Below are positions 63,926 through 64,000 of a DNA stretch of 64,000 nt, in pieces. Every line of letters begins with the position of its first letter. The first letter of the stretch is position 1. The notes below the pieces were generated by a model. That model saw nothing but the letters and a program-made list of their open reading frames with translations. It did not search any database and was not told the DNA's origin. Made by a program: the position numbers and the translations under genes. The DNA is from a virus, in the IMG/VR virus record IMGVR_UViG_3300012933_000221, positions 7,911 to 71,910 of that record; one strand, 5' to 3'.

Positions 63926-64000
63926 GCCGTTGTAGCTCTCTGGGAGGGTAACTGATTGTCTATCAGATTTAGGCGAGTTCGATTCTCGTCAGCGGCGCCA
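63926..64000 (+). tRNA. tRNA, probable anticodon GUC (Asp)
   Basis: Acceptor GCCGTTG/CAGCGGC + G + CCA. T-arm GCGAG-TTCGATT-CTCGT. Anticodon arm CTGA/TCAG with loop TTGTCTA. Identity is tentative. Confidence 0.5.

Noticed and set aside
63560-64000. tRNA cluster as a prophage integration site or attachment site
   Set aside because: No integrase, excisionase or direct repeats are seen. The tRNAs are intact tandem genes, typical of T4-like phage tRNA islands.

Overview
This 64-kb window is a contiguous segment of a large virulent T4-superfamily myophage genome at about 42% GC. It shows no integrase and no host-like flanks. Coding is almost entirely on the + strand.

Structural and lysis functions:
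- A truncated tail fibre at the left end.
- A pectate-lyase-type tailspike.
- A PAAR spike tip.
- A SleB-type cell-wall hydrolase with a holin-like neighbour.

T4 hallmark genes: nrdA-nrdB-glutaredoxin, a dexA-like 3'-5' exonuclease, a deoxyribonucleotidase and rIIA/rIIB.

Auxiliary and counter-defence genes:
- dnaK-ibpA-clpS.
- Ribosomal protein S21.
- Heme oxygenase plus a ferredoxin-dependent bilin reductase.
- Two membrane fatty-acid desaturases and an acyl carrier protein.
- A PbpG-like D-Ala-D-Ala endopeptidase.
- AhpC/AhpD.
- A radical SAM protein.
- An SpoT-like HD (p)ppGpp hydrolase.
- A macro domain protein.
- A complete NadV + NadM-Nudix NAD salvage pair.

RNA genes:
- A circularly permuted (two-piece) tmRNA with an ...ALAA tag.
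- A putative amber-suppressor tRNA(CUA) overlapping a CDS end.
- Four tRNAs at the right edge.

The 40-63 kb region is an early region: many short genes, each behind a consensus sigma70-like promoter (TTGACA-17-TATAAT) followed by a conserved leader (ACACATAGCAACAAAGAAAG). Structural genes carry T4-late-like ATAAATA(C/T) motifs instead.

Other features worth a second look:
- An A10 slippery run that would fuse a 420-aa membrane protein to a stop-free 105-codon -1 frame.
- A secreted 854-aa protein with about 12 tandem 21-aa Cys-containing repeats.
- Recurring N-terminal (MKVxE) and C-terminal (IAGLR) motifs in a block of probable virion-internal proteins.
- A 33-bp CCGGGAGCGAA element repeated three times.
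- A four-fold tandem promoter array in a 700-bp ORF-free region upstream of the tRNA cluster.
- A GC-rich 450-bp ORF-free region.
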